64,000 bases of DNA, taken from assembly GCA_039807095.1 (NCBI GenBank), contig JBDHQM010000002.1, positions 97,261-161,260 on the forward strand. Direction: 5' to 3'. The notes beneath the pieces are model-generated. The model was given only the letters and a program-made list of their open reading frames with translations, searched no databases and had not been told where the DNA came from. Each line of letters begins with the position of its first letter. Positions within the stretch are counted from its first letter, which is position 1. Shown one piece after another: positions 27,725-37,763 of this stretch. This DNA is from Kiritimatiellia bacterium (GTDB lineage: Bacteria; Verrucomicrobiota; Kiritimatiellia; CAIVKH01). The position numbers and the translations under genes were made by a program.

Positions 27725-29481
27725 GCTGAGGCTTCGGCGTTCTTCGCCTTTTTCTCCACCACAAAATCGCCAAGCACCAACACGTCAATCTCCGTACCCA
27801 GGAAGCACGCAACCGCCTGCTCCGGAGTTTGGACAATCGGCTGCCCCTTTACATTGAAGGATGTATTCAACAGCACAGGACAGCCGGTCTTCTTATGAAA
27901 CGCAGTGAGCAACTCGTAGAAGCGCTCGTTGTTTTCCCGACCGACCGACTGCACCCGGCACGAATCATCCACATGGACCGTTGCCGGAATCGCCGACTTC
28001 TTCGCCGGCTGCACTTTGCACGCGATCAGCATGTGCGGACTTTCCTGCCCGATGTCGAAGTATTCATGCACATATTCCTTCAAACACGCCGGAGCAAGCG
28101 GCCGGAAATACTCGCGGAACTTCACGTTGTCGTTAATGTGATCGCGCATCGCCTCCGGATACGGCTTGGCAAGAATACTGCGATTGCCGAGCGCGCGCGG
28201 ACCGAATTCTGCTCCGCCCTGATACCAGCCAATCACCTTCCCCGCAGCCAGTTTGTCAGCAACATCGGCGTAAAGATTTGGCGGACGCGTGTATGCCACG
28301 CCGGCACTCTTGAGCGCCTGCTCCATTTCGGCCGACGTGTAGTCGCCGTGCAGATAATAGTTGTGGTTTTTGACCGGCCGGTAATTCGGATCATGTGCGC
28401 GCTGCGCAAGGAAACACGCGCCGATCGCCAGTCCGGCGTCACCCGATGCAGGCTGCACGAAGATTTCGTCAAATATATGCTCGCGCTCAATCCGCCCGTT
28501 CATCGAGCAGTTCAGCGCAACGCCGCCGCTCAAGCACAGATACTTGATTCCCGTATCTTTGCGCGCATTGCGCAGCACACCCAACACAACCTCCTCAAGG
28601 CGCCGCTGCAAGGCAGCGGCAATATCTTTATGGTGCTGATTTAGCGTTGCGACATCGTACTTCCGGCGCGGGCCGAACACTTCGACAAAGCGGTCCGACA
28701 CCCATTTATTCCGCTCATAATAATACGCCATCCATTCCGGATTGATGGTGATAGTGTATTTCCCGTCATACTGAATGATATCTTCAAAAAACGAATAGTA
28801 GCTCCGCGTCTGCCCCGGCACGATATGATCGGAATCACCAAAGCACGCCAGCGCCATGATGATGCCCTCATGGTGCACATTCTTCCACCCGAGATAGCAG
28901 GTGATCGCGGCATACACCAATCCGAGTGAATGCGGGTAATCGTAGCGGTCATACAAGACCTCAATCGCGCCTGCCCGCCCGACGCCCAGTTTCATCGTCT
29001 TGTTGTCGCCGATGCCGTCAATGCTCAGCAACACAGCATCCTGAAATCCGCTCGGATAATACGAACTCGCCAGATGTGTGAGGTGGTGATCGAAATAGGA
29101 AATCTTTCCCGTAAAACCGGTCTTCTCGCGGATGATCTCTTCCACATTGAACATCTCTTTGATGCGCTCAAACTCCTGAATCATCATGCCCACGCGTTTG
29201 GGGTCGCGAATTGCCGCCTCGAGATACGTTCTGCGAATGCACGCCTCCGGATCCCCGCCGAATGCAATTTCGTCCACATCGGCCATCGTCAGCTTTGCCT
29301 TCCGTAGGCAATCCTGAATTGCATCTGTCGGAAACAGCCGGCTGTGCTTATCCAGTGAATAGCGCTCCTGCTCGCACGCGGCGATCAGCTTGCCATCCAC
29401 CATAATCGCGGCTGCTGTATCGTGTGCCAGATACTTGATCCCCAAAATCACTTTTTTCATTCGATTCATCCTTTCCAACAT
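27721..29481 (-). CDS. carbamoyltransferase (NodU/CmcH family); start probably at 29460
   Basis: FDHHLTHL metal-binding motif and a YrdC/Kae1-like C-terminal region. Confidence 0.8.
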   Translation of the reverse strand: MLERMNRMKKVILGIKYLAHDTAAAIMVDGKLIAACEQERYSLDKHSRLFPTDAIQDCLRKAKLTMADVDEIAFGGDPEACIRRTYLEAAIRDPKRVGMMIQEFERIKEMFNVEEIIREKTGFTGKISYFDHHLTHLASSYYPSGFQDAVLLSIDGIGDNKTMKLGVGRAGAIEVLYDRYDYPHSLGLVYAAITCYLGWKNVHHEGIIMALACFGDSDHIVPGQTRSYYSFFEDIIQYDGKYTITINPEWMAYYYERNKWVSDRFVEVFGPRRKYDVATLNQHHKDIAAALQRRLEEVVLGVLRNARKDTGIKYLCLSGGVALNCSMNGRIEREHIFDEIFVQPASGDAGLAIGACFLAQRAHDPNYRPVKNHNYYLHGDYTSAEMEQALKSAGVAYTRPPNLYADVADKLAAGKVIGWYQGGAEFGPRALGNRSILAKPYPEAMRDHINDNVKFREYFRPLAPACLKEYVHEYFDIGQESPHMLIACKVQPAKKSAIPATVHVDDSCRVQSVGRENNERFYELLTAFHKKTGCPVLLNTSFNVKGQPIVQTPEQAVACFLGTEIDVLVLGDFVVEKKAKNAEASA

Positions 29482-29492
29482 TTCGTAAATTT

Positions 29493-30389
29493 CTATATCG
29501 CTCGCGTCGGCTCTTCCCCCGATTTAACCGCAGAATTCACCGCACGTGACAAATAAATACCCGCAGGCGAAACGTAAAATTCACGCGGCGCATCACCAGG
29601 ACCGATATCCGTTCCCTTCATAAACTTTCGGATTTGATGGAAGTGCAGATACATCATCTCTTCGCCGTTCGCACCGTATACCCGGCCCTCACACCAGCGC
29701 ATGCTCAACGATGGGTCCTCCAGCATCAAGCGCTGATGTTTTCCGCTCGTCGTCCACACCCGCTCCCACCACACGCGTGGCAGCGGCAACCGGCGAATCC
29801 AGCGCGTGGTCAACCGGCCAATGGCGCTGAGCTGATACCACTGCAGCACCTTGGATAACCCGTCTTCATCCACTCGCCAGTATCTGGCAGAGTCCTCTAC
29901 CCGTTCCTGAATTTTCGAAACCCGGCGAAAAAGGTTGTTCCATGCCTCCTGATTCCGAAACAGGGTGAAGTGTCCCGATATACGGTTCGGACGCGCGGAG
30001 ATCACGTCGTAATTCGCCAGAAGCTCCTCCGTCAGAAAGTGCCGCAGATTTCCCCAGATCACATCCAGATCGCAGCATCCCCAGAAATCGTACCCCTTCA
30101 ATTCCTCCTCGAAAATCAAACCGCTCATCATTTTGAGATCGCACAGCTTATAGGTGAATGAGGGATTCACCCGAATTCGATACCCCGACGCCGCGCTTGC
30201 GCGAGTATTGAAACGATCAATATCCATCGGAAAAAACTTAACGTTTTCCGGCGTCGAGGCGGGCGCGGATTGATCGGTGAAGATCAGCCAATCCACATCG
30301 GGGTTGAAACGACACGAATGTAGCAAGGCCGGCATCCAAAATGGCAATGGACCGAACCACACGTTGACAAGCGCTATGCGCGCACTCAT
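29493..30389 (-). CDS. putative glycosyltransferase-like protein (DxD-containing, GT-A-like)
   Basis: CCDLDVIW DxD-like motif. Lies among the GT genes. Confidence 0.3.
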   Translation of the reverse strand: MSARIALVNVWFGPLPFWMPALLHSCRFNPDVDWLIFTDQSAPASTPENVKFFPMDIDRFNTRASAASGYRIRVNPSFTYKLCDLKMMSGLIFEEELKGYDFWGCCDLDVIWGNLRHFLTEELLANYDVISARPNRISGHFTLFRNQEAWNNLFRRVSKIQERVEDSARYWRVDEDGLSKVLQWYQLSAIGRLTTRWIRRLPLPRVWWERVWTTSGKHQRLMLEDPSLSMRWCEGRVYGANGEEMMYLHFHQIRKFMKGTDIGPGDAPREFYVSPAGIYLSRAVNSAVKSGEEPTRAI

Positions 30390-31177
30390 TCCGACCCCCT
30401 TCCCAACAGGGAAACGAAGATATCGGATGCAAAACGACGCATGCGATAAATAAGAGAGAAGTGCGACCGGAGGCGCCGGCGCTCGCGCTTCATTTCGGAC
30501 GAATGCTTTTTTTGCGCAGAAACGCCGGTTGCATCATATTCGGCCACCAGTACGTCACAGCGTTCCATTCGAGCGCCGCCTAAAACTGCGCGCACAAAAA
30601 AATCCCAGTCCGCGATATATTTGAATGTCGTGTCATACGGGCCGAATTTCTCGAATGCTCTACGCCGGATAAATGCCGACTGATGATTCACCGGGCGGCG
30701 GTAGAAGTGATGCAGATCGAGCGCACCTGAATGTATTTTTTTGACCGGTGCACGCCCATCCGGCCACACGCGAACATGTGCGCCGACCAGCACGTCTACA
30801 TCACTCTTTTCGAGCAATGGCGCAATACTCGCAACTGTGCTCCGGTTCACAAATGCGTCTCCACCGTTGAGAAAAAGCAGCCACTCTCCCGATGCAGCGC
30901 GCGCGCCTTTATTCATCGCGTCGTAAATGCCGCGATCCGGTTCTGAAATCAATTTTGCAATGGCATCATTGTGCGCCTGGAGAATCGCCAACGTTCCATC
31001 TGTTGAAGCGCCGTCCACAACAATCCACTCAAACAATTCTGTTCTCTGACCGAGAATCGAATCAATCGTCCGCTGTATTCGTCCGACCTCATTGCGGCAC
31101 ACCGTAATGACGCTGATCAGCGGACGGACACGTTCGCTCGACGCATATTCGGCTACAGCTTTTGGGCCGGAGTTCAC
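30386..31177 (-). CDS. glycosyltransferase family 2
   Basis: ISVITVCRN...DGASTDGT...DAD-like GT-A motifs. Confidence 0.8.
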   Translation of the reverse strand: MNSGPKAVAEYASSERVRPLISVITVCRNEVGRIQRTIDSILGQRTELFEWIVVDGASTDGTLAILQAHNDAIAKLISEPDRGIYDAMNKGARAASGEWLLFLNGGDAFVNRSTVASIAPLLEKSDVDVLVGAHVRVWPDGRAPVKKIHSGALDLHHFYRRPVNHQSAFIRRRAFEKFGPYDTTFKYIADWDFFVRAVLGGARMERCDVLVAEYDATGVSAQKKHSSEMKRERRRLRSHFSLIYRMRRFASDIFVSLLGRGSE

Positions 31178-32217
31178 GAAGTTACCCCCGAACGGGATTT
31201 TTGCTGCATCCGCATAAAGTCAAATAGCCGCTCTGCAATCAACCCCACCCCAGTGGCAGCAAATACTAAGTGCGCAAATCCCCCGACCTTCCACGGCTGC
31301 GGGCATCGCCACAGAAGGATTGCCGAGGCAGCAAGCGCGATTCCAACGGCGCGCGCAACGCGCTGCTGTGACACTCGTCCGTTTGCAGCGCTCACGTAGC
31401 GTCGCGCCAACGCCCGCCGCTGCTCTGCCGATAACTTTCGCGAAGCAGCCCATTTCAACAGATCGCCCCAGACCTGTTGGATTCCCGCATACTGCAATTG
31501 ACGCGGCCTGCCCGTCACCCGGTTGCCGGAATGAACGCGCGCCATGGCTACCGGCGACAACACATCACTGGAATAAAGTCGTCCAACTGCTGCCAATCGA
31601 ACCCACAGGTGCGTATCCTGTCCCGTGCGCAAGCGTGTATTAAAATTACCGCTCTTCTGCAAAAGCTCCCGCCGCAACACGATTCCATCGGTACAAAACG
31701 CGCCCGACCCGCCGCGCGCCAGGCTTTCAAATAACTGTTCAGGAAGAATCGCATCCCGAATTCGAAGTACTTCTGGCCAATTGGCTTTTTCCCAGCGCTC
31801 GTGAGCCGCCTCGTCTTCAAAGATCATGCCGACAGCATCATAGACACCATCCGCATCCGGATGCGCCTCCAGAGTTCGAATCACACCGCGAAACCGACCG
31901 GGAAGAAAAATGTCGTCTGCATCCAAGAATGCCACCAAGGGATGCACTGCATGTTCGATCCCAAGATTCCGCGCTGCTCCGGCGCCTCGATTTTCGCCAT
32001 TGGCGTGGCGGAGCAAGCGGACCTGAGCAAATTGCGCAACCAAATGCTCACAAATCTCGAGTGACCCATCTGTAGAACCGTCATCCACCAGAATCACCTC
32101 ACCCGTCTCGGGTTGCGCCAATGCAGAGCGCACCGCACTCTCGACAAACGGCGCGGCGTTAAAAACCGGAATCACTACAGAAATCATTAGCGCAGGATTG
32201 TGTGCTGTTTCAGACAT
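31174..32217 (-). CDS. glycosyltransferase family 2
   Basis: ISVVIPVFN...VDDGSTDGS...DADD motifs. Confidence 0.8.
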   Translation of the reverse strand: MSETAHNPALMISVVIPVFNAAPFVESAVRSALAQPETGEVILVDDGSTDGSLEICEHLVAQFAQVRLLRHANGENRGAGAARNLGIEHAVHPLVAFLDADDIFLPGRFRGVIRTLEAHPDADGVYDAVGMIFEDEAAHERWEKANWPEVLRIRDAILPEQLFESLARGGSGAFCTDGIVLRRELLQKSGNFNTRLRTGQDTHLWVRLAAVGRLYSSDVLSPVAMARVHSGNRVTGRPRQLQYAGIQQVWGDLLKWAASRKLSAEQRRALARRYVSAANGRVSQQRVARAVGIALAASAILLWRCPQPWKVGGFAHLVFAATGVGLIAERLFDFMRMQQKSRSGVTS

Positions 32218-33109
32218 CCGGCACCCCTACGATTGGCTCCTCGGCGATCACTCCACGAACTGAGCGCTGTTCGACTGCACGCCAGTAGTGTGCGCGTAGC
32301 TTCGTTTTCATCCCGGTTTCAGTGCTTCGCGTCAATTGCCCGCCGTGCTGGCGATATAACATTTGCGTTTCCGGCAGGGAGAACACAGGGATATCCGCCT
32401 TTGCTGCGCGCCGCAAGAAGTCCCGATCGCCCGCACACGGCCACGGAGCGAAGCCGCCCAGGCGGGTGAGGACTGTCTTGGAAAGCCCAATGGCGCCCTT
32501 GACCTGGCGCGGATGTTTCTTCTCGGCGGGCTGTAGCCGGTCATCGCAAATCGCCGCCATCGGACGCACAAGAAATGCGGGCGTTATGGCGGCGCATTGA
32601 CGACAAAAAGAATAGAAGGACGCGAGAGCGCCGGGCACCAGCGCATCGTCAGCATCCACGAACAGGACAAACTCACCGCGGGATGCCAGCAGTAGAGAGT
32701 TGCGAATAACAAACAGTCCACAATGGGACCGGAAGTTCAGCACGCGAACGCGTCTACGCATCTCCGATGAAAGTGCGGCGATATACCGGTGTGCTGCGGA
32801 AAGCGTAGCTTCACAACAGTCTATCGCGATCAACACTTCCAGCTCCACCCCAACCGGCGCAGGTTGGTGCAGGATGGAATCCAAGCAATCTGCCAAATAG
32901 CGATCTACAGCCCGGGCAGCGATCAGCACAGAAAACACGCCCGGATCGGATTCGCGGACCAAGGAATTCACGGGACGACAAGATTGATTGATATTGCGCT
33001 CCCACGCTGCAGCCTGCGCAGCAGCCGAACGCGCAGCTACCATCCCGCTTGCGTATCGCCACAATGCGCCCGCAATCATGACGAACCTCCAGGGATATGG
33101 GCCGCCCAA
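32210..33109 (-). CDS. glycosyltransferase family 2-like (start probably 33079)
   Basis: VLIAARAVDRYL...FVDADD motifs. Confidence 0.6.
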   Translation of the reverse strand: MGGPYPWRFVMIAGALWRYASGMVAARSAAAQAAAWERNINQSCRPVNSLVRESDPGVFSVLIAARAVDRYLADCLDSILHQPAPVGVELEVLIAIDCCEATLSAAHRYIAALSSEMRRRVRVLNFRSHCGLFVIRNSLLLASRGEFVLFVDADDALVPGALASFYSFCRQCAAITPAFLVRPMAAICDDRLQPAEKKHPRQVKGAIGLSKTVLTRLGGFAPWPCAGDRDFLRRAAKADIPVFSLPETQMLYRQHGGQLTRSTETGMKTKLRAHYWRAVEQRSVRGVIAEEPIVGVPDV

Positions 33110-33885
33110 AAATCGGGCTCATATTTTCCCCACGCATGGCACCCGAACGGCAAACGCCCGTTCATGCGAGCCACATAGCTCGATGGCTCCAGTTCCAGCG
33201 CAAAATACATCGCTTCCTCTTCGCGAGGAATCCGGAAACCGGGAGGCGCAAACATTGTCCAGAACATATCTTCATTTCCCGGCCACTGCGCAGCGAACTT
33301 CCCGTGCGTCATCAGGGTCTGGCGAAAACCCGGTATACGGCGCAGCGAGAAACCGCCATTGCCCACGCGAAAATCACGGCGATACCAGAGTCGCGCCAAT
33401 CCCGGCCACTGCACCAACCGTGGCCGCGCCTCGCGCACATGGCGATGGCGCAATAGGTCCCGACTGCCCCACGGCGCGCCGATATAGTCATACCCACGCG
33501 CGCACCAGTCCTCCAATTCATCGCGGAAAACAAAGGCATCCAACTGATAAATCAGCAAGTATTCCCACCCGCGAAATCGGGCATAAAAATCATCGGAAAG
33601 CAGCAGGCGGCTGTATGCGTCAACGCTCACAAATGCCGATGCTGGGAAATACTCGGTTTTCACTCCCTCAAACTCCGGAGGCAGGATCAAACCTTCCGGG
33701 CAAATGATGCGGATGTCGTGGCGGCCCAAAATACGGCGGCACTGTGCAAGCGACAGGCGCTCTTCCGCGCTGAGCGTCTCCTTGAAGCAGGGCACTAATA
33801 CGACACAACTCATTTTGTCATCCACACGTTCCCGCACACCCGGCGCATCACAGCCATACGTCACGCCGAGTTGACGATCTCCCAT
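33076..33885 (-). CDS. DUF5672-like glycan-cluster protein (putative GT-A-like transferase)
   Basis: YQLDAFVFRD DxD-type block. Typical companion of GT2 genes. Confidence 0.45.
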   Translation of the reverse strand: MGDRQLGVTYGCDAPGVRERVDDKMSCVVLVPCFKETLSAEERLSLAQCRRILGRHDIRIICPEGLILPPEFEGVKTEYFPASAFVSVDAYSRLLLSDDFYARFRGWEYLLIYQLDAFVFRDELEDWCARGYDYIGAPWGSRDLLRHRHVREARPRLVQWPGLARLWYRRDFRVGNGGFSLRRIPGFRQTLMTHGKFAAQWPGNEDMFWTMFAPPGFRIPREEEAMYFALELEPSSYVARMNGRLPFGCHAWGKYEPDFWAAHIPGGSS

Positions 33886-35174
33886 TGATGCGACACCAGA
33901 ACCCCCGAATTATCGCTGATCTTTTGCAGTTTGCCCGTCCCGTAAAAATCTCCGTCAACGACGAATAACTCCAGGCCGTCAATCAATTCATCCGCAACGG
34001 TTTTGCCAACCTTGCAGAACAGATGCACCACATAGCGTCCCGGAAGCAGCGGCAACTTTGGAATTGTGAGGCGAATCGTGCCGCGCCGCCCCAAGCGAAG
34101 GGTCTCCGGATGCGAGACGCGCGAAAAACACAGGAATTTTTCCTGACGGGTCTCACCCGATGCCACTCGAAAATAAATGAAGCACGGTTGATCGTTCATC
34201 ACGGTGCGCTCGTAATCCAACTCAACCGTAATGGTTTCGCCAGACTGCGCCGCGTTGATGACGACGTTTCGCTCGTTACGAATTCGATAACCAGTAAAAC
34301 GCACACTGCCGTCCCCGCTCCGGTCGGTTCGTTCGTTGATGGGCAGATGCGACGCCTTCGGTAAATGCGTTTTCAGATACGCTTCTGTAATTTCCTGCAC
34401 ATTGCCGATCATCTGGCACTCACCGCCGCGCAAGAGAACAGCCCGGGAACAGAGCGCCTGAATCGCGGCCATGTTGTGACTGACAAATAAAATCGTACGC
34501 CCCTCTTTTGAGACGTCTTGCATACGGCCAAGGCATTTCGCCTGAAACTCCGCATCACCTACCGCGAGCACCTCGTCCACGATCAATATCTCTGGCTCCA
34601 AATGCGCCGCCACCGCAAAGGCAAGTCGAACGTACATTCCGCTCGAATAACGCTTCACCGGTGTATCTATGAACGCGCTCAACTCGGCGAAGGCAACAAT
34701 CTCGTCCAGTTTGCGGGCGACTTCTCGCTCCTTCATGCCGAGAATCGTGCCGTTCATAAATACATTTTCTCGCCCGGTCAGCTCCGGATGGAAACCCGTA
34801 CCCACCTCAAGCAACGAACCAATTCGACCGCGAATTCGCACCTCGCCAGAGGTGGGTTCTGTGATGCGACTCAGAATCTTCAGGAGCGTGGATTTGCCCG
34901 CGCCATTGCGGCCGATGATGCCGACAACTTCTCCCGGCTGCACATCGAATGAAACATCGCGCAAGGCCCAGAAGTCCTGGTTTCCAGCCTGTTCTGCCTC
35001 GACCCGGCGACGCTCAGTCGCGCCGTATCCGATTTTTTCAAACGCCTTCCGCGGATCGCGGCCGCGCAGTTTGTGCCACCAATACTTGGTTTCATCAATT
35101 AGCGTGTGCCGCCCGATCGTCCCCAATCGGTATCGCTTCGAAAGATTGTGAATGGAAATTGCCGCCTCGCTCAT
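33861..35174 (-). CDS. wzt: ABC transporter ATP-binding protein Wzt with C-terminal glycan-binding domain
   Basis: Walker A GRNGAGKST, signature YSSGM, Walker B ILIVDE. A C-terminal extension of about 170 aa as in Wzt/TagH-type exporters. Confidence 0.85.
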   Translation of the reverse strand: MSEAAISIHNLSKRYRLGTIGRHTLIDETKYWWHKLRGRDPRKAFEKIGYGATERRRVEAEQAGNQDFWALRDVSFDVQPGEVVGIIGRNGAGKSTLLKILSRITEPTSGEVRIRGRIGSLLEVGTGFHPELTGRENVFMNGTILGMKEREVARKLDEIVAFAELSAFIDTPVKRYSSGMYVRLAFAVAAHLEPEILIVDEVLAVGDAEFQAKCLGRMQDVSKEGRTILFVSHNMAAIQALCSRAVLLRGGECQMIGNVQEITEAYLKTHLPKASHLPINERTDRSGDGSVRFTGYRIRNERNVVINAAQSGETITVELDYERTVMNDQPCFIYFRVASGETRQEKFLCFSRVSHPETLRLGRRGTIRLTIPKLPLLPGRYVVHLFCKVGKTVADELIDGLELFVVDGDFYGTGKLQKISDNSGVLVSHQWEIVNSA

Positions 35175-36007
35175 ATCGTATCCACAAACGTGCGTTGAAC
35201 TTTATTGAAGAGGAAAAGGCCGGACACCAAAACAAGCGCAGTGACAAACCAGCTCAAGCCCAGCCCCCAAAGCTCCGGGCTCCCCCGCCCCGTGAGTGCA
35301 TAGCGGCTGAACTCCACAACCGCGGTCATCGGATTAAGCCACAGCACAAACTTCAGGATCGGTTTCACAACCAGTTTGGCGGGATACACAATTGGCGTGC
35401 CATACATCCACAACTGCACCAGAAACGGCAGAGCGAAACGCAGGTCGCGATACTTGATCGTCGCCGCCGAGACCCACAATCCGAATCCGAGTCCGAGCAG
35501 TCCCGTCTGTAGAATCAACAGAGGCAGGAAGAAAACCCACGCATTCGGCTCCATCGCGCTCCCGCGGAAATAATACCAAAAGTAGAAGCCGAGAAACAAA
35601 AGCGAGTTCAGTGCAAGATGGGCAAACTGCACAAACACGCCGGACAACGGCATGATCAGGCGCGGGAAATACACCTTTGTTAGGATATTTGTGTTGGACA
35701 CCAGCGATGTCGCGCCTTGATTCAACACGCCCTGAAAATAATTCCAAAACAGCGTTCCGCTCATGTAGAAAATGAACTGCGGAATTCCATCTGTCGAAAT
35801 CTTTGCCACCGTTCCGAAGATCACCGTAAAGACGATCGTCGTAAGCAGCGGCTGAATCACAAACCAAAGCGGCCCGATGATTGTCTGGCGATACACCGCG
35901 GTCAGCTCGCGCTTGACCCACAGGGTCAAAAGATCACGGTATTCCCACAGCTCGCGCACCGGAATCCGCCACCAGGGACTGTTTGCTCGAATAACGGTTG
36001 TCTGCAT
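35171..36007 (-). CDS. wzm: ABC-2 type polysaccharide exporter permease Wzm
   Basis: Six-TM ABC-2 permease, ATGA-coupled to wzt. Confidence 0.85.
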   Translation of the reverse strand: MQTTVIRANSPWWRIPVRELWEYRDLLTLWVKRELTAVYRQTIIGPLWFVIQPLLTTIVFTVIFGTVAKISTDGIPQFIFYMSGTLFWNYFQGVLNQGATSLVSNTNILTKVYFPRLIMPLSGVFVQFAHLALNSLLFLGFYFWYYFRGSAMEPNAWVFFLPLLILQTGLLGLGFGLWVSAATIKYRDLRFALPFLVQLWMYGTPIVYPAKLVVKPILKFVLWLNPMTAVVEFSRYALTGRGSPELWGLGLSWFVTALVLVSGLFLFNKVQRTFVDTI

Positions 36008-36012
36008 CGCGC

Positions 36013-36525
36013 CTATCCCAGCTTAGAAAACAAATTCACAAGAGGATTCTTCATCAAACGGCTTGCGCGCTTGTTCAACTGACTCAAACGAGCGACACGC
36101 CGACGTAGAAACGCTTCATCCGGACTCGCCGCTTTGCCCCCCAATGCCGCGTCTGCTTCTTCCAGCTCCGTATCCAGCGCCGCCATACGCGCGCTGGCAA
36201 ATTTCAAAATTCCGTGGCGCAACGCGGTTCCAATATCGTCCGCGCTTCGATAGTAGCGTTTACGGTCGCCCGGTTTCCGCACACGATGGGCTAATCCCAG
36301 CCGGTCCAGTTGCGCAGCAGCAAGACTCACCGCCGCCTTACTCAAGTTCAGCTCGCGCTCCAACGCATCCAGCGATGCCTCCCCCTCTGTGAGGTAAAGG
36401 CACGCCAAGACTTCGCCCGCAGTCCGATTGAAACCGAAATCCTGCGCAAGTCGCCCGCCGGCCGCCACCAGACGCCGCTTCACATTCCTGGCACTCGCTC
36501 CGTTATCCACGCCCATGTTTATCAC
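36013..36525 (-). CDS. GbsR/MarR-type winged-helix transcriptional regulator
   Basis: HTH region LACLYLTEGEASLDALERELNLSKAAVSLAAAQLDRLGL. About 170 aa. Confidence 0.65.
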   Translation of the reverse strand: MINMGVDNGASARNVKRRLVAAGGRLAQDFGFNRTAGEVLACLYLTEGEASLDALERELNLSKAAVSLAAAQLDRLGLAHRVRKPGDRKRYYRSADDIGTALRHGILKFASARMAALDTELEEADAALGGKAASPDEAFLRRRVARLSQLNKRASRLMKNPLVNLFSKLG

Positions 36526-36527
36526 GC

Positions 36528-36551
36528 AACTTTTACAATTTCGTAAAAGTT
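36528..36551. promoter_or_regulatory. perfect 9-6-9 palindrome AACTTTTAC-AATTTC-GTAAAAGTT, candidate GbsR operator
   Basis: Sits 3..28 bp upstream of the regulator start, in the 100-bp divergent intergenic region. Confidence 0.5.
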
Positions 36552-36623
36552 AGGCAGTTTGCCGGGGTGGCGTCAATGGATTTCTTTCCATCGCGGCGGC
36601 CGCGTTGCGAAGATTGACGCACC

Positions 36624-37763
36624 ATGCCGCGCGTGCAACTCTTTCGCGCCATGGATGCCACAGCAGCGGAACGCGACAACCAGACTACCGGCGCCGTGCG
36701 CATTCTCTACTCTTCTTTCCAAACCGGTCCTGCCCTGCCGGGATACATCCGCTACGCACTTACCAGTTTCGCGCGCAGCGGCATGCCGGTCGTCTTGCTG
36801 ACAAATCGCCGCGAGCTGGACGAGGAAAGCAAACAGTTCCTCGCGGCAAACGGAATCGAGCTGTTTCTCACCGAGAATGATGGATTCGATTTCGGTATGT
36901 GGCGCCGCTTCATCAACGCCACGCCTGAAGGAGTTCGCAATGCCTGGTCGCGCATCCTCCTCGCCAACGACTCCGTGGTTTATTTTCGCGACACCATCCC
37001 CGACTTCATCGCTCAGGCAGAAATGAATGACGCCGACATGGTCTCGCTCACCGCAAACCCAAATCTTGGCTTTCACCTGCAATCATTCTTTCTCTATCTC
37101 AAGCCGCGTGCGATCCACGAGCTTTTCCGCCATCTCTCAACAGGCGCCTCCTCAACCGGGTATTGGGACACGATCAAATCCATGGAAGTGGGATTGAGTC
37201 GGCGAATGGTTGAGAGCGGATTGAAAATCGCGCCCCTCTTTCGCACAAGCAAACACATTGATTTTTCGTACGAAGAACTGATCCGCCAGGGTGCGGGTTT
37301 TGTGAAGCGACGCTTCGTGGATGGACGATACAAACACTCATCGCCCACCTATTTTTGGAAAAACGGAGAGGCGCGGGCGATTGAACTCGATTATGTGCGC
37401 CTCATTCGCGAAGCGGGCAATCTAGATCCCGCCTTTTCTCTCGATTGGATCAGCGACCTGAATACACACCCCTCTTTTCGGTCCGCGCTCTATAGGCTCC
37501 GAAAATTCGCGTTTTACGCCGTATATCCGGGTTTTCGCGCAATTCAACGCTATCGGCGCTATGCAACGCCGACAGTTTTGATGGCCGATCTTGCCTCAAT
37601 CTTCGTGTGCGTTGCCGCGGCAGCGACAGGCGGATATTTCTTCGGATGGCGGTCTGCGCTTGCGGGATTTTTGGCGATGTTTTTTCTGATTCTTGCGGTG
37701 CGTCGCCTACGCTCTCGTGTCAGAAAGCGAAACGGATCGTCTATTTCCGCAGGACAACGGTAA
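36624..37763 (+). CDS. putative polysaccharide-biosynthesis transferase-like protein with C-terminal TM anchor
   Basis: The only plus-strand gene in the locus. It is divergent from the regulator. No firm family assignment. Confidence 0.3.
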   Translation: MPRVQLFRAMDATAAERDNQTTGAVRILYSSFQTGPALPGYIRYALTSFARSGMPVVLLTNRRELDEESKQFLAANGIELFLTENDGFDFGMWRRFINATPEGVRNAWSRILLANDSVVYFRDTIPDFIAQAEMNDADMVSLTANPNLGFHLQSFFLYLKPRAIHELFRHLSTGASSTGYWDTIKSMEVGLSRRMVESGLKIAPLFRTSKHIDFSYEELIRQGAGFVKRRFVDGRYKHSSPTYFWKNGEARAIELDYVRLIREAGNLDPAFSLDWISDLNTHPSFRSALYRLRKFAFYAVYPGFRAIQRYRRYATPTVLMADLASIFVCVAAAATGGYFFGWRSALAGFLAMFFLILAVRRLRSRVRKRNGSSISAGQR

